A stretch of 64,000 nt of DNA. Origin: Blepharisma stoltei ATCC 30299 (lineage: Eukaryota; Protista; Ciliophora). The notes beneath the pieces are model-generated. The model saw only the letters and a list, made by a program, of their open reading frames with translations, searched no databases and had not been told where the DNA came from. Made by a program: the position numbers and the translations under genes. The stretch covers positions 1 through 64,000 of the forward strand of contig CBFDEM010000027.1 of the NCBI GenBank assembly GCA_965603825.1, read 5' to 3'. How positions within the stretch are numbered: the first letter of the stretch is position 1; each line of letters begins with the position of its first letter. This document shows, in pieces, positions 1-12,284 of the stretch.

Positions 1-584
1 TAACACCCTAACACCCTAACACCCTAACACCCTAACACCCTAACACCCTAACACCCTAACACCCTAACACCCTAACACCCTAACACCCTAACACCCTAAC
101 ACCCTAACACCCTAACACCCTAACACCCTAACCCTAACACCCTAACACCCTAACACCCTAACACCCTAACACCCTAACACCCTAACACCCTAACACCCTA
201 ACACCCTAACACCCTAACACCCTAACACCCTAACACCCTAACACCCTAACACCCTAACACCCTAACACCCTAACACCCTAACACCCTAACACCCTAACAC
301 CCTAACACCCTAACACCCTAACACCCTAACACCCTAACACCCTAACACCCTAACACCCTAACACCCTAACACCCTAACACCCTAACACCCTAACACCCTA
401 ACACCCTAACACCCTAACACCCTAACACCCTAACACCCTAACACCCTAACACCCTAACACCCTAACACCCTAACACCCTAACACCCTAACACCCTAACAC
501 CCTAACACCCTAACACCCTAACACCCTAACACCCTAACACCCTAACACCCTAACACCCTAACACCCTAACACCCTAACACCCTA
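1..584 (+). repeat. Telomere, (CCCTAACA)n, C-rich strand
   Basis: About 73 tandem 8-nt units from base 1, ending ...CCCTA at 584. One unit (126-131) lacks CA. CCCTAACA is the heterotrich (Blepharisma/Stentor) telomere repeat. Confidence 0.98.
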
Positions 585-1366
585 GAATTCTATTTAAAAC
601 TGTATATAGGGTTGAGTATTTATTTTCTATTTAGCAATTGACGTATAAAAAATGGTTAAATAATCAAAATTAATTTAATATTAGTGCGATTAATAATAAA
701 AATAGAATGAAATAGATTATTTAAAATTTAATTTAATCTTAATAATTCCTAAATAGTAATAAGCTTCTCACCATATATGCATGATGAGCTCTCGAATATT
801 AGATATTTATTAATGGATTTTGCTGTATTATGCAACTCAAATTCTAATATCAAAGAAGTGATATAAATTATTTCCAAATAGTGACTTAATCTATTGCCAT
901 CTTATTCATCTCATTCTTAGATAAATTTTAATTGAAATATAATTTTCTATAGGCTTAAATTAAATAAAATAATATTATAATCAATTCGAAAATGGCTTGG
1001 GGTAGGTTTATAAATATTTTTTAAATTCATCAGATTATATTATTTTCTTGCATAAGTCGATAAAATCCTCGAGAGATAAACATTATTGAGGATTGAATTT
1101 CTTCAATGTAATAATAAAGCGAAAAACCATTATTCGTTTTCAATTTTAAAATTTTTTGGATTTAGATTAGTTTTGTCTTTAATTAATAAAGAACAAATAA
1201 AATGTTATAGTAAAAACGTTTTTCATTCATAATTGGATATTTAATCCTTTTCCTATTTCTCAACATACTTTTTTGAACTAACTTAAATTCATTCAGCAAT
1301 TAGTTTGGAATTATTCCATTAACCAATTTTAAAAGCAATTAATACGACGATTAATTAAATCAATAA

Positions 1367-2161
1367 TTAGCTGCTGCTCAAATTTTCCAAGATTTTTTTC
1401 TTCAAACAAAACTTGTAGCAGTGCATTTCTCGATAATAATGCAAGCTAATATATATCGATCCTTTATGGTTTACTCAGAAACAATTGTTATAGTACACAA
1501 ACTGGGAGTTTCCAACAATACTCCATGCGTATTCATTGTCAACTTCACTTTCCAAAATTTTCCCATTTTTTATCAGAATATAAATTCTTGAATTTATTTC
1601 AAATAAAATTTTTTGAAAATTTTGACGTAAATCTATAACAGGCAATTCTGAATAGCTCTCAATTTGGACATCATATTTATATACTTTTGAGTGCTCATAT
1701 CCACATATAATTATAGAATTTTTGAAAACAGTGCAAGCACAAAGGGAAGATGCCATTGGGAGCGGTGTTATTTGGAATCATTTATTTTCGTTTATATCAA
1801 ATTTAGATGCAAGGCATAAAAGTGAAACACCATTATAGCCTCCAAACATATAAATTGAATTTTTATAATAAATTGACCCTGCAAAGTAGCAAGGAGTCCA
1901 GGACGGTAGAGTTTTCTTTATTTTCCAAGATTTGAGATCAATGATGCAGGAAATCCCAGAGATAGGTTCATGGTTTCCATAGCAGAATAATTCTGACTGT
2001 GGCAAAAGGGCAATAGACGTTCCAAAATTTAATGTTTCATTTTTGCTTATATAAAAATGCGATTTTGCAGCTGAGTCAAGATCATAGGTTCATATTCTGA
2101 CTCTTTTGCTAGCTCTATCAATGTTGTATAGGTGATTTTCGCATAAAATAGGGTCTTCCAT
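1367..2161 (-). CDS. Kelch-like beta-propeller protein (264 aa, 3 UGA-Trp)
   Basis: ORFs 1778..2005 and 1475..1756 join in frame through TGA and extend to an ATG at 2161 and a TAA at 1367. Kelch signature IYMFGG...KFDINENKW..I.PLP. Confidence 0.85.
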
Positions 2162-2593
2162 AATATATATTATAAACATTTTAATATCCGTTTTTCATTG
2201 CAATTTTTTAACATGATGAGTCATCATATGCTTTCTGCATTTTACTTATTACCCTATTAGCAAATCTGGCTACCTTCAATGACCTAAAAGAATGAAATTG
2301 ATTAATTTAAATTGCCAAATTCAGTGATACTAATTATAAATAGGATTTAAATTTGGGTGAGCAAACATCAAATAAAAGTACTAATTTTCTATCAAAACTC
2401 GAATTTCCACTATTTCTTACTAAGCATCCTTGAAAATATTAACTTTATCTATTTCTTGTATGCACAATGTATTATATGAAGAGATGAATTACTACAGAAA
2501 CCAAGATCTTTTTGGGACTCTAATTTCCTTTATTTCCAAATATGGCATTTTTTGCTGGAAGTTACAAAAGGTCTGCCATATATTTTATAAATT

Positions 2594-3664
2594 ATGGGAG
2601 GAAAGAACTCAAAAGGTATCGATGGAGGTATGAATATCGCGATCGAGCAAAGATCTTGCCAGCCAGGCGATATGATTATAGGCATCATTAATGTGATGTT
2701 AAATGAAGCTCTTCCTCCATGCACTCTTATTCTTCAATTTAAAGGAAAAGAAGAAACCTATTGAACAGTTCAGCGATCATCAACAGACTCAGATGGAAAT
2801 TCAAGCACTACTACTGACGTTTATAAAGGGAAACAGCCTATAATTAACTTCCAGTTTCCTCTATATCAATGAAATTCAATTCTCAGTCCTGGATGTTTTT
2901 CATTTCCTTTTAATATGAAGCTTCCTGATCAACTTCCAGGATCTTTTAAATATAAAAACCTAGAAGCTAAAGCAAGCATTGAATATTACGTAAAGGCGAA
3001 ATTTATATTGCCTGATAAGAAAAAATTCAAGGATAAGACTGAAGTTCATATATATAACAGATTGATTTCATTCCAAATGAATATTAATTTAGAAAAAACT
3101 AGCAAAATTGTATGTTTTTACTGCTGCGATAAAGGAAGCTGCACAATTAAATCAAAATTTAGCCAAGACGCTTTTACACCAGACCAAGTTGCTGGCGCAA
3201 TAATCCAAGTAGATAATAAAAATGGGCAGGCTGATATAAAAAATATTGCTTTTACGTTGTGAAGGTCTGTCAGACTGAAAACGAATGCAGGAATTTCAAC
3301 CTTTTATCGAGAGAAAATTATAGAAGATAATTCAAGAGGACTGTTGAGTGGAGAATCTATGGAGGAATCTAATTCTATTGTCTGCAACTTGAATTTACCT
3401 TCAGTTAAAAATAAACTCGATATGATATATTCAACAAGAGGATATCTTATTGAGTGCTGCTATGCATTGGATTGCCATGCAGAATTAGATGGCTGCTGCT
3501 TTTGTGGAGGAGAAAAGCCTTCAATTGAAATGCCAATGGCATTGTATTCAATTTATACTCCTCCACAAAATATTGTTCAGCCACCTCCAGGATGGAATCC
3601 TGTGAGTTATGATCAAGCTACTTTATCTTATGACAAAGCTTATGATATCAAGCCAAGCTCTTAA
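2594..3664 (+). CDS. Alpha-arrestin / arrestin-domain protein (356 aa, 3 UGA-Trp), N-terminal MG myristoylation-type start
   Basis: One frame from MGGKNSK through arrestin-N motifs LQFKGKEETYW, PGCFSFPFNMKLPDQLPGSF and ASIEYYVKA. Joins ORFs 2915..3262 and 3344..3664. Confidence 0.88.
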
Positions 3665-3822
3665 TATATTTTTTTAAATTAAATATTTTATTTTTGGTCT
3701 GATCGCAAAGATAAATCTATCAACTATTTAATAAAATTATTTAAAGCATAATTGATCAACAAAGAGGTTTAGAAAATTAATTACTAAAAGAATTCGCTAG
3801 TCTATCACTAATCTAATTTAAA

Positions 3823-4644
3823 TTAATTTTTTAAATCCGCCATTTCCACACTTTCATCTTTTCCAGTTTCTTTCAAATCAAAATCAATTGTAAAAGTAAG
3901 CACCAAGCCTCTAAAAAATTGGCAAAATACAGGAGGCATCACAATCGCCAAAGTGACCAAAACCCACTCACACAGTGACTTTACGTATTCATTAAACAAT
4001 GAATTCGCATATAAAGAATAAGCAAATTCCCACTCCAGTAAGGCCAAAACCCCTATCGCAACCCAGCTCCACAAAATAGCATTAAGAAAAAAATACCAGC
4101 TCTTTTCTTTCGAATTCAGCACAGTTTCAGTATTTTTAATATTCAAAAATACCATGCAGCTCCATAGAATATTTGCAAATAAAAAGACAATGCAAGCAAA
4201 GTTGTGAATTGGCTCAAAAGGAAGCACGTGAGTCCCATTGATATCATTTGTGTAGGCAATTAATGGTAAAAATAGGCATGAAGCAATCCCAGTGTATTTT
4301 AAAAGAGCTCTCTTTGTGTTTGATAAAATTGGTAAATAATGGCAATAAGCACCAATGTACATTAGGGGTAGGACTAGGGCATAATAAGTATAAGCTGCAA
4401 TCATGACCCTATCATGCCCTCTAAAGCATCCTAAATAGCTTGGCGATGGGAGGAACGATTTGCAGTAAAAATTGCTTAAACATCCCAAAAGTAAGCTTAC
4501 ATAAAGAGCAACAAGCATGATTAATGCAAATAAAAACATGATTTTCGGGATGTTTACAGAGTAGATTGATTTGCCTTCTTTATATGTGTGGAAAAACATC
4601 GGTAAGCAAAACGACTGCCTGAATTCTTTATCGTTCTCTTCCAT
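3823..4644 (-). CDS. Frag1/DRAM/Sfk1 (PGAP2/TMEM150-like) multi-pass membrane protein
   Basis: About 6 TM helices, with LPSPSYLG, a conserved His (PIHNF) and the terminal SLCEWVL motif typical of the family. First ATG at 4644. Confidence 0.7.
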   Translation of the reverse strand: MEENDKEFRQSFCLPMFFHTYKEGKSIYSVNIPKIMFLFALIMLVALYVSLLLGCLSNFYCKSFLPSPSYLGCFRGHDRVMIAAYTYYALVLPLMYIGAYCHYLPILSNTKRALLKYTGIASCLFLPLIAYTNDINGTHVLPFEPIHNFACIVFLFANILWSCMVFLNIKNTETVLNSKEKSWYFFLNAILWSWVAIGVLALLEWEFAYSLYANSLFNEYVKSLCEWVLVTLAIVMPPVFCQFFRGLVLTFTIDFDLKETGKDESVEMADLKN

Positions 4645-4883
4645 TTTCTTATTATTTAGCAATCACTGATTGTTCTTTACTTGAGATTTAAATGAAATTC
4701 TTAATAAATATTTTTTTGGAAGATTTAAGGACAAAGGAGTGCTTTCTCTTATATGATAATATAAATTATGAAATATCGAGCTGAGTGCTATACAAAGAAT
4801 TAAATAATGAAGCTTTCTGCTCAGCTAGATTTTCTAATAAAGGGATATAAATATAAAAATATAATTAACTCTTTGGCATAAAA

Positions 4884-6801
4884 ATGGGTAATAAAATCCC
4901 TCCAACTCCCAGAGATTCCTTATCTTCACGCCCACAAAGGCCAGATGAAGAAGAAACGGAACTCATCAACCGCAATTCCTTCAAATTAGCTAACAAGACA
5001 GAGATTGATATAAGCATAAATTCAAAAATCTATAAGACTTTTGATGACAGTAATATTGATTTAGCCGAGAAGAATTGATACATATTAAAAAGCATACATG
5101 TGGACAATGATGAAAATCGAAAATTGGCGAAATTTGAAGCAAATATTCTATTTAATCTCAATCACAATAATATTGTTAAGTCCCATAGATTTTTTGAAAG
5201 CAGCAACTATATTTGCATTGTAATGGAGAACTGCAGTAAAGGTAATCTAAGGAAAAAACTACAAGGGGATACGCCACTAAGCGAAGATTAATATGAAGTT
5301 ATATGCAGCAGCTTTGTTCAGGTATCAAGTATTTACACAGTAACCTTATCATTCATTGTGACTTAAAACCTGAAAATATTTTCTGCACAGAAAAAGAATT
5401 AAAAATAGGCGATTTTGGCTTATCAAGGATTGTGCCTACACTTGACGCACATATAAATGGTAGTTCTGGCACAACAAACTATTATTCTCCAGAAATAGAA
5501 AAAGGCTGATATAATAGCAAACGCGATATATGGGCTCTTGGAGTTATTTTATATGAAATGTGCGAATTTTCCCACCCATTTGGTGCTATCGGCTTAATCG
5601 ATGAGAAGAAATATTTTTCAAAACTAAAGAAAAAAAACATGAGGCCATTCTTAAGAGATTACTCGGATGATCTAAGAGATATTATTATAAGTTGTTTAAA
5701 TAAAGACTATAAGCAAAGACCAGATATTTTTGATATTATGAAAACGCTTAATGCACATTATCCTAGAAGTAGGGAAGATTTTAATGAAGAAAATCATGAT
5801 GAAAGAAATATCTTTACTGGTTTGGAGGAATTTAAAATCGACACAGCTATTTCTCCATGCATTTATTATTTGCAGCCTAATTCGAACACAGTTTTCCAGT
5901 ATAATACCCAATTTGGTAGTCTTGAAAAGCAAAACTCTGAAGTGAAGTGAAATCATTTCGGTAGCTGATGTGTTACAGGATATGACGAAGTGGTTTTTTC
6001 TGGTGGAGAAAATTATGGGGTCACTTGTTCAACCTATAAATTTTCGTTTAAAGACCAATAAACAAATTTATAAATAGCTGCTGCCAGACTAGCTCTCCTG
6101 TGATAGGTACTTATACCCGGGCGTGCTTTTCATTTTGGAAGCTGCCCAAGTGTCGAATTAACATCGATGGGAGAGGCTAAGCTTAATTTCAGCTCATTAT
6201 TGTCCTGATTCAAATAACAATTTCCCAAAGAACTCAAGTCTTGATTGGATACTGATAGGAACGCAGACTTGCCTGCCCATATTGGTTGGTGGCTATCCAA
6301 AAATTAAAAGCTATTGAGTTTTAAATTCTGAAGCCAACAAATATTACTCCAGTTTAAATGGCCGATAAAAATGGTGATCTGGCAAGGGCTGGCACAACAT
6401 GGGCCAAGGCTTATGGAATGGAAGTTCCAATAAATTTGCATTGTTGGATCAATAGAAAATCCTCTACCGAGAAGGCTTATGCCAAGGTGGAAGCCATCTC
6501 CATGTCTCTGGGTAGCATGTGGCGTTATCTTTGGGAAATAGTGCTATTGGAAGTGGGACATACCCAGTGTATTTACTGCTTATGCAATAATAGTTTATAT
6601 CAAAGTCCCCTCTCCAGCAAGAGCTGAACATTTGTCAGAAATATAAAAGAAAGAAAATGATGGAGTCCTTCTCAAGCATTATACTACAAAGAAAACATTT
6701 ACTTTGTCACAAATGATATTGAAAACGAAATAATAACAATCTGAAAATTAGACTGCTCACAGAATACAGCGGATTCTGTCGCAGATTTAACCGAGCTATA
6801 A
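4884..6801 (+). pseudogene. Disrupted NEK-like Ser/Thr kinase + kelch-propeller gene (pseudogene or locally mis-assembled)
   Basis: Kinase motifs HCDLKPEN, DFG, YYSPE and DIWALG are present. A 1-nt deletion at about 5288 gives GAT-TA-ATA-TGA where EDLIW is expected. There is a TAA at 6059-6061 and further frame breaks to about 6530. The C-terminus (CIYCLCNN...KWWS.SQ...IWKLDC, TAA 6799-6801) is homologous to the kelch gene at 16895-18391. Confidence 0.72.
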
Positions 6802-6872
6802 TAATCTCCAATTTTAATAAGCAATCTCTTTATTTCACTGAATTTTACATACAATTTATATCTGATAATTAA

Positions 6873-8594
6873 ATGGAAGAGCCGAATAATAACTCATCTC
6901 CAATCGTTGCATCTTTATCAATCCCAATTATCCCTCCTACAATGGACCTGGAGTCAACCAGCGCTCTTTCTCCCGAAGCTTCTCTTTCAGTCCCTACTTT
7001 TGAAGAGCAGCCAGCCCTTGAAAAGACAATTTCAGCGCCGCCTGTGATCCGAAGACAAGCTCGAAACTTGACTGGGATTTCTGACAGATCCAATCAAAAG
7101 CTGTCTCAGCTGCTGACTCAACTTGAAGCTAATGTGATTTCTGCTTTTAACAAGCTTGTCAGGAACAATCCAGTCATCAAACAAGATTTCGAAGCTTTGA
7201 TCAATGAAGGAAAAAACCTTATGATCAGCTCGCCTTCGCCAGTCCTGCTAACAGAGTATGGGCTCGACTTGAACAATATTCTTGATAGAATACTCCAAGA
7301 AAGCTACAACTTGGACGATGTTTTTCAGTCCTTGCTAGTCGTCAAGGACATGCAACTGGCGAATCAGAAGAAGTCTGAGGAAAACGTTAACAAGCTCGAA
7401 TTGATTTGTTCAGCAAAAGAACCGATGAGGAGAGGGAATAAAAAGAAAAGGACTTTTTTGAATGTGATTTATGCAGAACCAACAACACCGTCTGATCATC
7501 TTTATGCGATTACAAGATTGGTGGATGACATTAAAACAAATCAGGAAATTCTTGATGATTTGGAAAGAAGTAAAGAAAAAGTGCTGGAAAACCAAGTGTT
7601 CCCAGAAGAGCAAACCCATTCGGTGGACAATATGACAGATGATATGGCCAAGGCTTTTGAAGCGAAAATTGAAAAAATAGAGGACTCAGATCTTAAGGAA
7701 ACTACTATGAAGCTGATTAAAGTTCTTAGAGAAGTATCCCAGGAAAAAGAAGAAATGCCTATTCTGAAGCTTATTAAAGTGACTGCTCATTGGAAAGAAA
7801 TTCACCCAATATTTTTAGACGCAATTGTTAAGCTACTAGATATTGCTGGCACTCAGAAATCAAAAGAGCTAAGTCAAAAGGAGCCGTCCCAAAATATATT
7901 TACTAAAGATCAGGCTAACGAACTACTAAATTCACTAACTGTTCTTGCTAATAGCTTATCAGTGGTTTCAAAAGTTCCTACAGCAACAAGTGAGAGCGAT
8001 TCAGATTTCACAAAATGTAAAGAGTTAATAAAATCCTGCAATGCTTCGCTTCAAATATTGCTAAGCACTGAAAGTTTGCCAGCAACTTATCTTGAGTCTC
8101 AAAAGTACATTGAAGAATTCAATGAAATGCCAACGGTTGTCTCAAAGACCACACTATCTTCAATCCTAAGCGAAGTCTACGCAGCCAGTGACCGAATCCC
8201 TTCAGTCGACAACTTCTGGCCTACTGATAGCTTGAATTCCTGGGACAACGTTTTGCGGGAACTCAAAAAAGTCTCGAATGAAGCATTCCACAAGGAATCC
8301 TATGAAAGCGAAGAAGACATAAGAAGCATTGAGGACGAACTAAAAAGAGCTTTAGAAACTATTGAAGAAAAGGATAAAATTATAGAAAGCCAAGCAGAAG
8401 CTATAAAAGAAGAAAGGAAAAAGACTGAAAACGAGCTAGAGAGCTTAATAATACAATTAAGAGAGGAAGTTAGCCAAGAGCAATTGGTGATAGAAAAAAT
8501 GGCAGCCGAAATGGAGAGCCAAGCTCAGAAAATCAAAGAATTGGAAGCACTGCTGAAAATACAAGAGAGTGGGGAAGGCCAGCAGCAAGGCTAA
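6873..8594 (+). CDS. Hypothetical helical protein with C-terminal coiled coil (573 aa)
   Basis: Long intact ORF from ATG to TAA with an E/K-rich heptad C-terminus. No family recognised. Confidence 0.8.
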   Translation: MEEPNNNSSPIVASLSIPIIPPTMDLESTSALSPEASLSVPTFEEQPALEKTISAPPVIRRQARNLTGISDRSNQKLSQLLTQLEANVISAFNKLVRNNPVIKQDFEALINEGKNLMISSPSPVLLTEYGLDLNNILDRILQESYNLDDVFQSLLVVKDMQLANQKKSEENVNKLELICSAKEPMRRGNKKKRTFLNVIYAEPTTPSDHLYAITRLVDDIKTNQEILDDLERSKEKVLENQVFPEEQTHSVDNMTDDMAKAFEAKIEKIEDSDLKETTMKLIKVLREVSQEKEEMPILKLIKVTAHWKEIHPIFLDAIVKLLDIAGTQKSKELSQKEPSQNIFTKDQANELLNSLTVLANSLSVVSKVPTATSESDSDFTKCKELIKSCNASLQILLSTESLPATYLESQKYIEEFNEMPTVVSKTTLSSILSEVYAASDRIPSVDNFWPTDSLNSWDNVLRELKKVSNEAFHKESYESEEDIRSIEDELKRALETIEEKDKIIESQAEAIKEERKKTENELESLIIQLREEVSQEQLVIEKMAAEMESQAQKIKELEALLKIQESGEGQQQG

Positions 8595-9097
8595 GAACGC
8601 TAATAAATAATCAGGCAAATCTGCTTTATGTTAATAAGAGCTCCGATTTATGATATTGTGTTAATATTTTAACAAATTATTTTGAGGATAATAAAGAAAT
8701 GATGGCTTATGTTGGCAGCAGCCCAAAATTTGGTTTTCTTAATGAGTGTAGCAGATGCCCAGATTATAATTCAGTTAAAATAGCCTTATGCTGCAGTTAC
8801 AACAGAATTATGCTAGGCTTTCTGATGCTCACATTTCGAAAAATGGTTACTCTTACTTCTTTCGCGGTTTAAATCATTATGTCTAAATTTACAGTCTGAT
8901 ACTTTTTCAGAAATTCGCTTTTGCTGGCATGCATTTATAAGACGAGATCACAATTACAGCACTTATTATTTTTTAGAGCAACGGGCATATGCTTCACTAG
9001 TATAAGACTATAAGACTTCATTTTTGTAATTGGCGCACCAGAACTTAGAAGGGATTTATCGCTCAGTTATAATCGGGTTATTTACGATCATAATATC

Positions 9098-10276
9098 TTA
9101 TAGTGTGCATGCACTAAACTGCATCCCAAGTTTAAAATCTCCCACAATTTCGATGGCGTCCTCATCCGTGCCATCTTTTGTTCTTTTTTCGAGCAAAGCA
9201 GTCCTATGCTTTCCTACAGCTTCCTTGAATCCAAACCACGGCAGCACAAGAACTTCATTATATAGCAAAGTCCCAAAAACTAATAAAACAAACCCTATCA
9301 ATTGAAGCCATAAGAAATTCTCCCATTCCAAAATCATACTAAAAATCCATACAAAAAACGTCCTTGAAGCGCCAATTGTGGACCTTGCCAAAGAACTTAC
9401 ATGCTTCGTTGTCGAAATTCCTGAAAAATTAAAAGAAGCAATGCTGGTCATAGTGCCCCACCATAGGAACATTAATTGTCAGCTCGCCCCTATCTGCTTT
9501 AGTGCTTGTATTGAGTCTTCAACACGGCCATCGTCACACATTTTAGGCTCATTGCAAGGGATTGCATATAAAATTGGTAAAATAAGCAAATACATACATG
9601 AGCCACAAAGCCCTTCAATTCCTACTGCTTGCAAAGGATCAACATTAACATTTTTCAGCAGCAATTCTTCGCTTACATACATTCCTCCCAATAGCAATTC
9701 CCCAATAAATAAAACTATAACTCCTAGCACAGGATCTTCAGCTGTGTTTGCTTTATTAACGATGCTAGCAATGCCTGTTATGGCTATTCCCAAGGTAATC
9801 ATAATCACCCCTGTAGTTTCGTGCCTGAATAGTCTTCTCTTTAAAAAGATTATTGAATAAATGCACACAATTACAATTATAAATCCTCTTATCATTTGGT
9901 ATACAGATGCGGCCGAAAGAATAAGTCCGATAAAAATAAATGTTGAACCCAATAAGTCGAAAAATGCTGGGATTACAAATATAAAAGGACCTAATTTCTT
10001 ATACAGGCCAGTCCTTGGGGCTGGAGGAGGTGACCCTAAGATTGGCTTAGAGTCGATGCTAATTTTTCTTTTGTTGATCCTTTGCATTGTGTAGTAAATT
10101 AATAGACATAAAACTTCTCCGAAGAACATTGATGCAGTTTGGAAATAAGGATGCTCAAATTTGGCGCCTTCAGAGTGAACTATGTCCATTGCTTTAGCAG
10201 TAAGAGTGTTTGCTGTTCCTGAAATTAGCATCAAGATCATAAAGATGTAAATCAGGATATTGCTTGGGTTTGACAT
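9098..10276 (-). CDS. SLC35F6-like DMT/nucleotide-sugar transporter, copy 1 (392 aa, 1 UGA-Trp)
   Basis: Motifs SGTANTLTAK, FEHPYFQT..MF.GE, ASVYQMIRG, VGIEG and ARTFFVW. ORFs 9479..10276 and 9098..9472 are in frame via TGA. Confidence 0.9.
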
Positions 10277-10825
10277 TACTAATAGAGAATTTAATTTTTC
10301 AACACAATTACGTTAAATTAATTTTTTTGAATTTATTTAGATTAAGTCAAGATTTTTAAAAGACTGTGAGTTGGTGTATGGCTGCTTCATTGATGCTTAG
10401 AAAACAAATCTAACCTATAATCATTTAGTGCTTTAGGGAATATATTTCTCCAACAAGACTTAATTTCATATCTCGATTAGTTAGCAAACGAAGTAACTGA
10501 GATCTAAATTAAGTATGCGTTTGGCATCAACAAGAAATTATTATAAGCATATTTAGAAAACAAGATGGAATTTCGTGATCTTCAAAACCAAATAATTATT
10601 AAAATAATGATTTTATATGCAAATTATAATGCTCTATATATTAGAGACTTGATTTAATAGCTACTTAAATCAAATATAACCAATGGAATTTATCTTTTAA
10701 TCCTAATTGCCAATCTCTTTAAAACTAATTCTTCAGCTTTATTAAATGTTTAGCTAATGCGATAATAAATTTCTATTAAAGATTAAAAGATCATTTAAAG
10801 GTCGGATTCTTTTTTATAATTACAA

Positions 10826-11992
10826 TTAATCTGAATCATATTTAATGTCCCTAAAATTTTCAATATCTTCTGTCGTTATCGTATCCACTTTATTATTGCT
10901 TTCTTCCAGCTGCAGCTTATGCTTTTGAACTGACTCCTTAAATCCAAACCAAGGGAAAATTATGACCTCATTATACAACAGCGTCCCAAAAACAAGCAAA
11001 ATAAACCCAATCAGTTGAAGCCACAAAAATTCTTCCCACTCCACAATGATACTGAAAATCCATACCAAAAATGTCCTAGCAGCACTTATGGTTGACCTCG
11101 CCAAAGAGCTCGCATGCTTTGTTGTTGAGATTCCTGTGAAATTAAACGAGGCAATACTTATCATCGTCCCCCACCAAAGCAGCATTAATTCTCAGCTGGC
11201 CCCAATTTGTTCAAATGCTTTTACAAAATCCTCAACTTTCCCATCATGGCACATTTTGCTATCATCGCACGGAATTGCATATAAAATTGGCAAAATAATC
11301 AAGTAAAGGCTAAAGCCAAAAAGTCCTTCAATCCCTACAGCATGTAAAGGGTCGACTTTTACATTTTTTAAAAATAATTCTTCGCTGACATACATTCCGC
11401 CTGATAGAGCTTCTCCTACAATTAAAATAATGATTCCAAGTACTGGGTCTTGGGCTGTGCTTGCTTTATAAAGGACACTTGCTAGGCCTGTTATAGCGAT
11501 ACCAAGGGTTATCATGATAACTCCTGTGGTTTCATGCCTAAATAATCGTCTTTTCAGAAAAATCATGGAATAAATCGCTACAATCACAATTATGAACCCT
11601 CTAATCATCTGGTATACTGACGCTGCTGAAAGCACTAGTCCGATAAAGATAAAAGTAGAGCCTAATAAGTCGAAAAATGCTGGGATGATAAAAATAAACG
11701 GACCCATTTTCTTATAGAGACCTGCTTTCTGAGGTGGGTCTTTGGTTCATAAAATTGGGATGTTTTCGCTTTCTTTTGTTTTTTTTCGGTTAATTCATTG
11801 CATTATATAGTAGATTACTAGGCATCATACTTCGCCCATGAACATAGTTGCAGTTTGGAAATAAGGATGCTCAAATTTTGAGCCTTCCGAATGGACTATG
11901 TCCATTGCTTTGGCTGTTAATGTATTGGCTGTGCCTGAAATTAGCATTAATATCATGAAGATATAGACTAAAATCTTGTGGGACTGCACCAT
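10826..11992 (-). CDS. SLC35F6-like transporter, tandem copy 2 (388 aa, 4 UGA-Trp)
   Basis: Collinear paralog of 9098..10276. The frame is open from the ATG at 11992 to the TAA at 10826 when TGA=Trp. Confidence 0.88.
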
Positions 11993-12284
11993 TTACTTGG
12001 CGAGATTATTATATAAGAAAATAAATTTTAAATAGGCGAAAGAAATATCTTCGCTTGGATTTTTAAAAAAATATAATAATTTGTGATAGTTCTATGAGTG
12101 AGGTTATAAACAAAAAAAATATTAATAATTTCATAAGGATATTAATCAAAAATCTTGCCATAGGAAATGAATAAAAGCTTATTTCCAAAAATAATGCAAA
12201 GAAAATATTCACTCATGAATTTACTAATTTCCTTAGTCATTTAAGTAAATATATAGATATATTGGCTTTATATTGAACATTAAT

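Noticed and set aside
6358-6627. 89-aa ORF as an independent gene
   Set aside because: Its 3' part is the kelch C-terminus of the disrupted 4884-6801 locus, and its 5' part lies in the suspected insertion.
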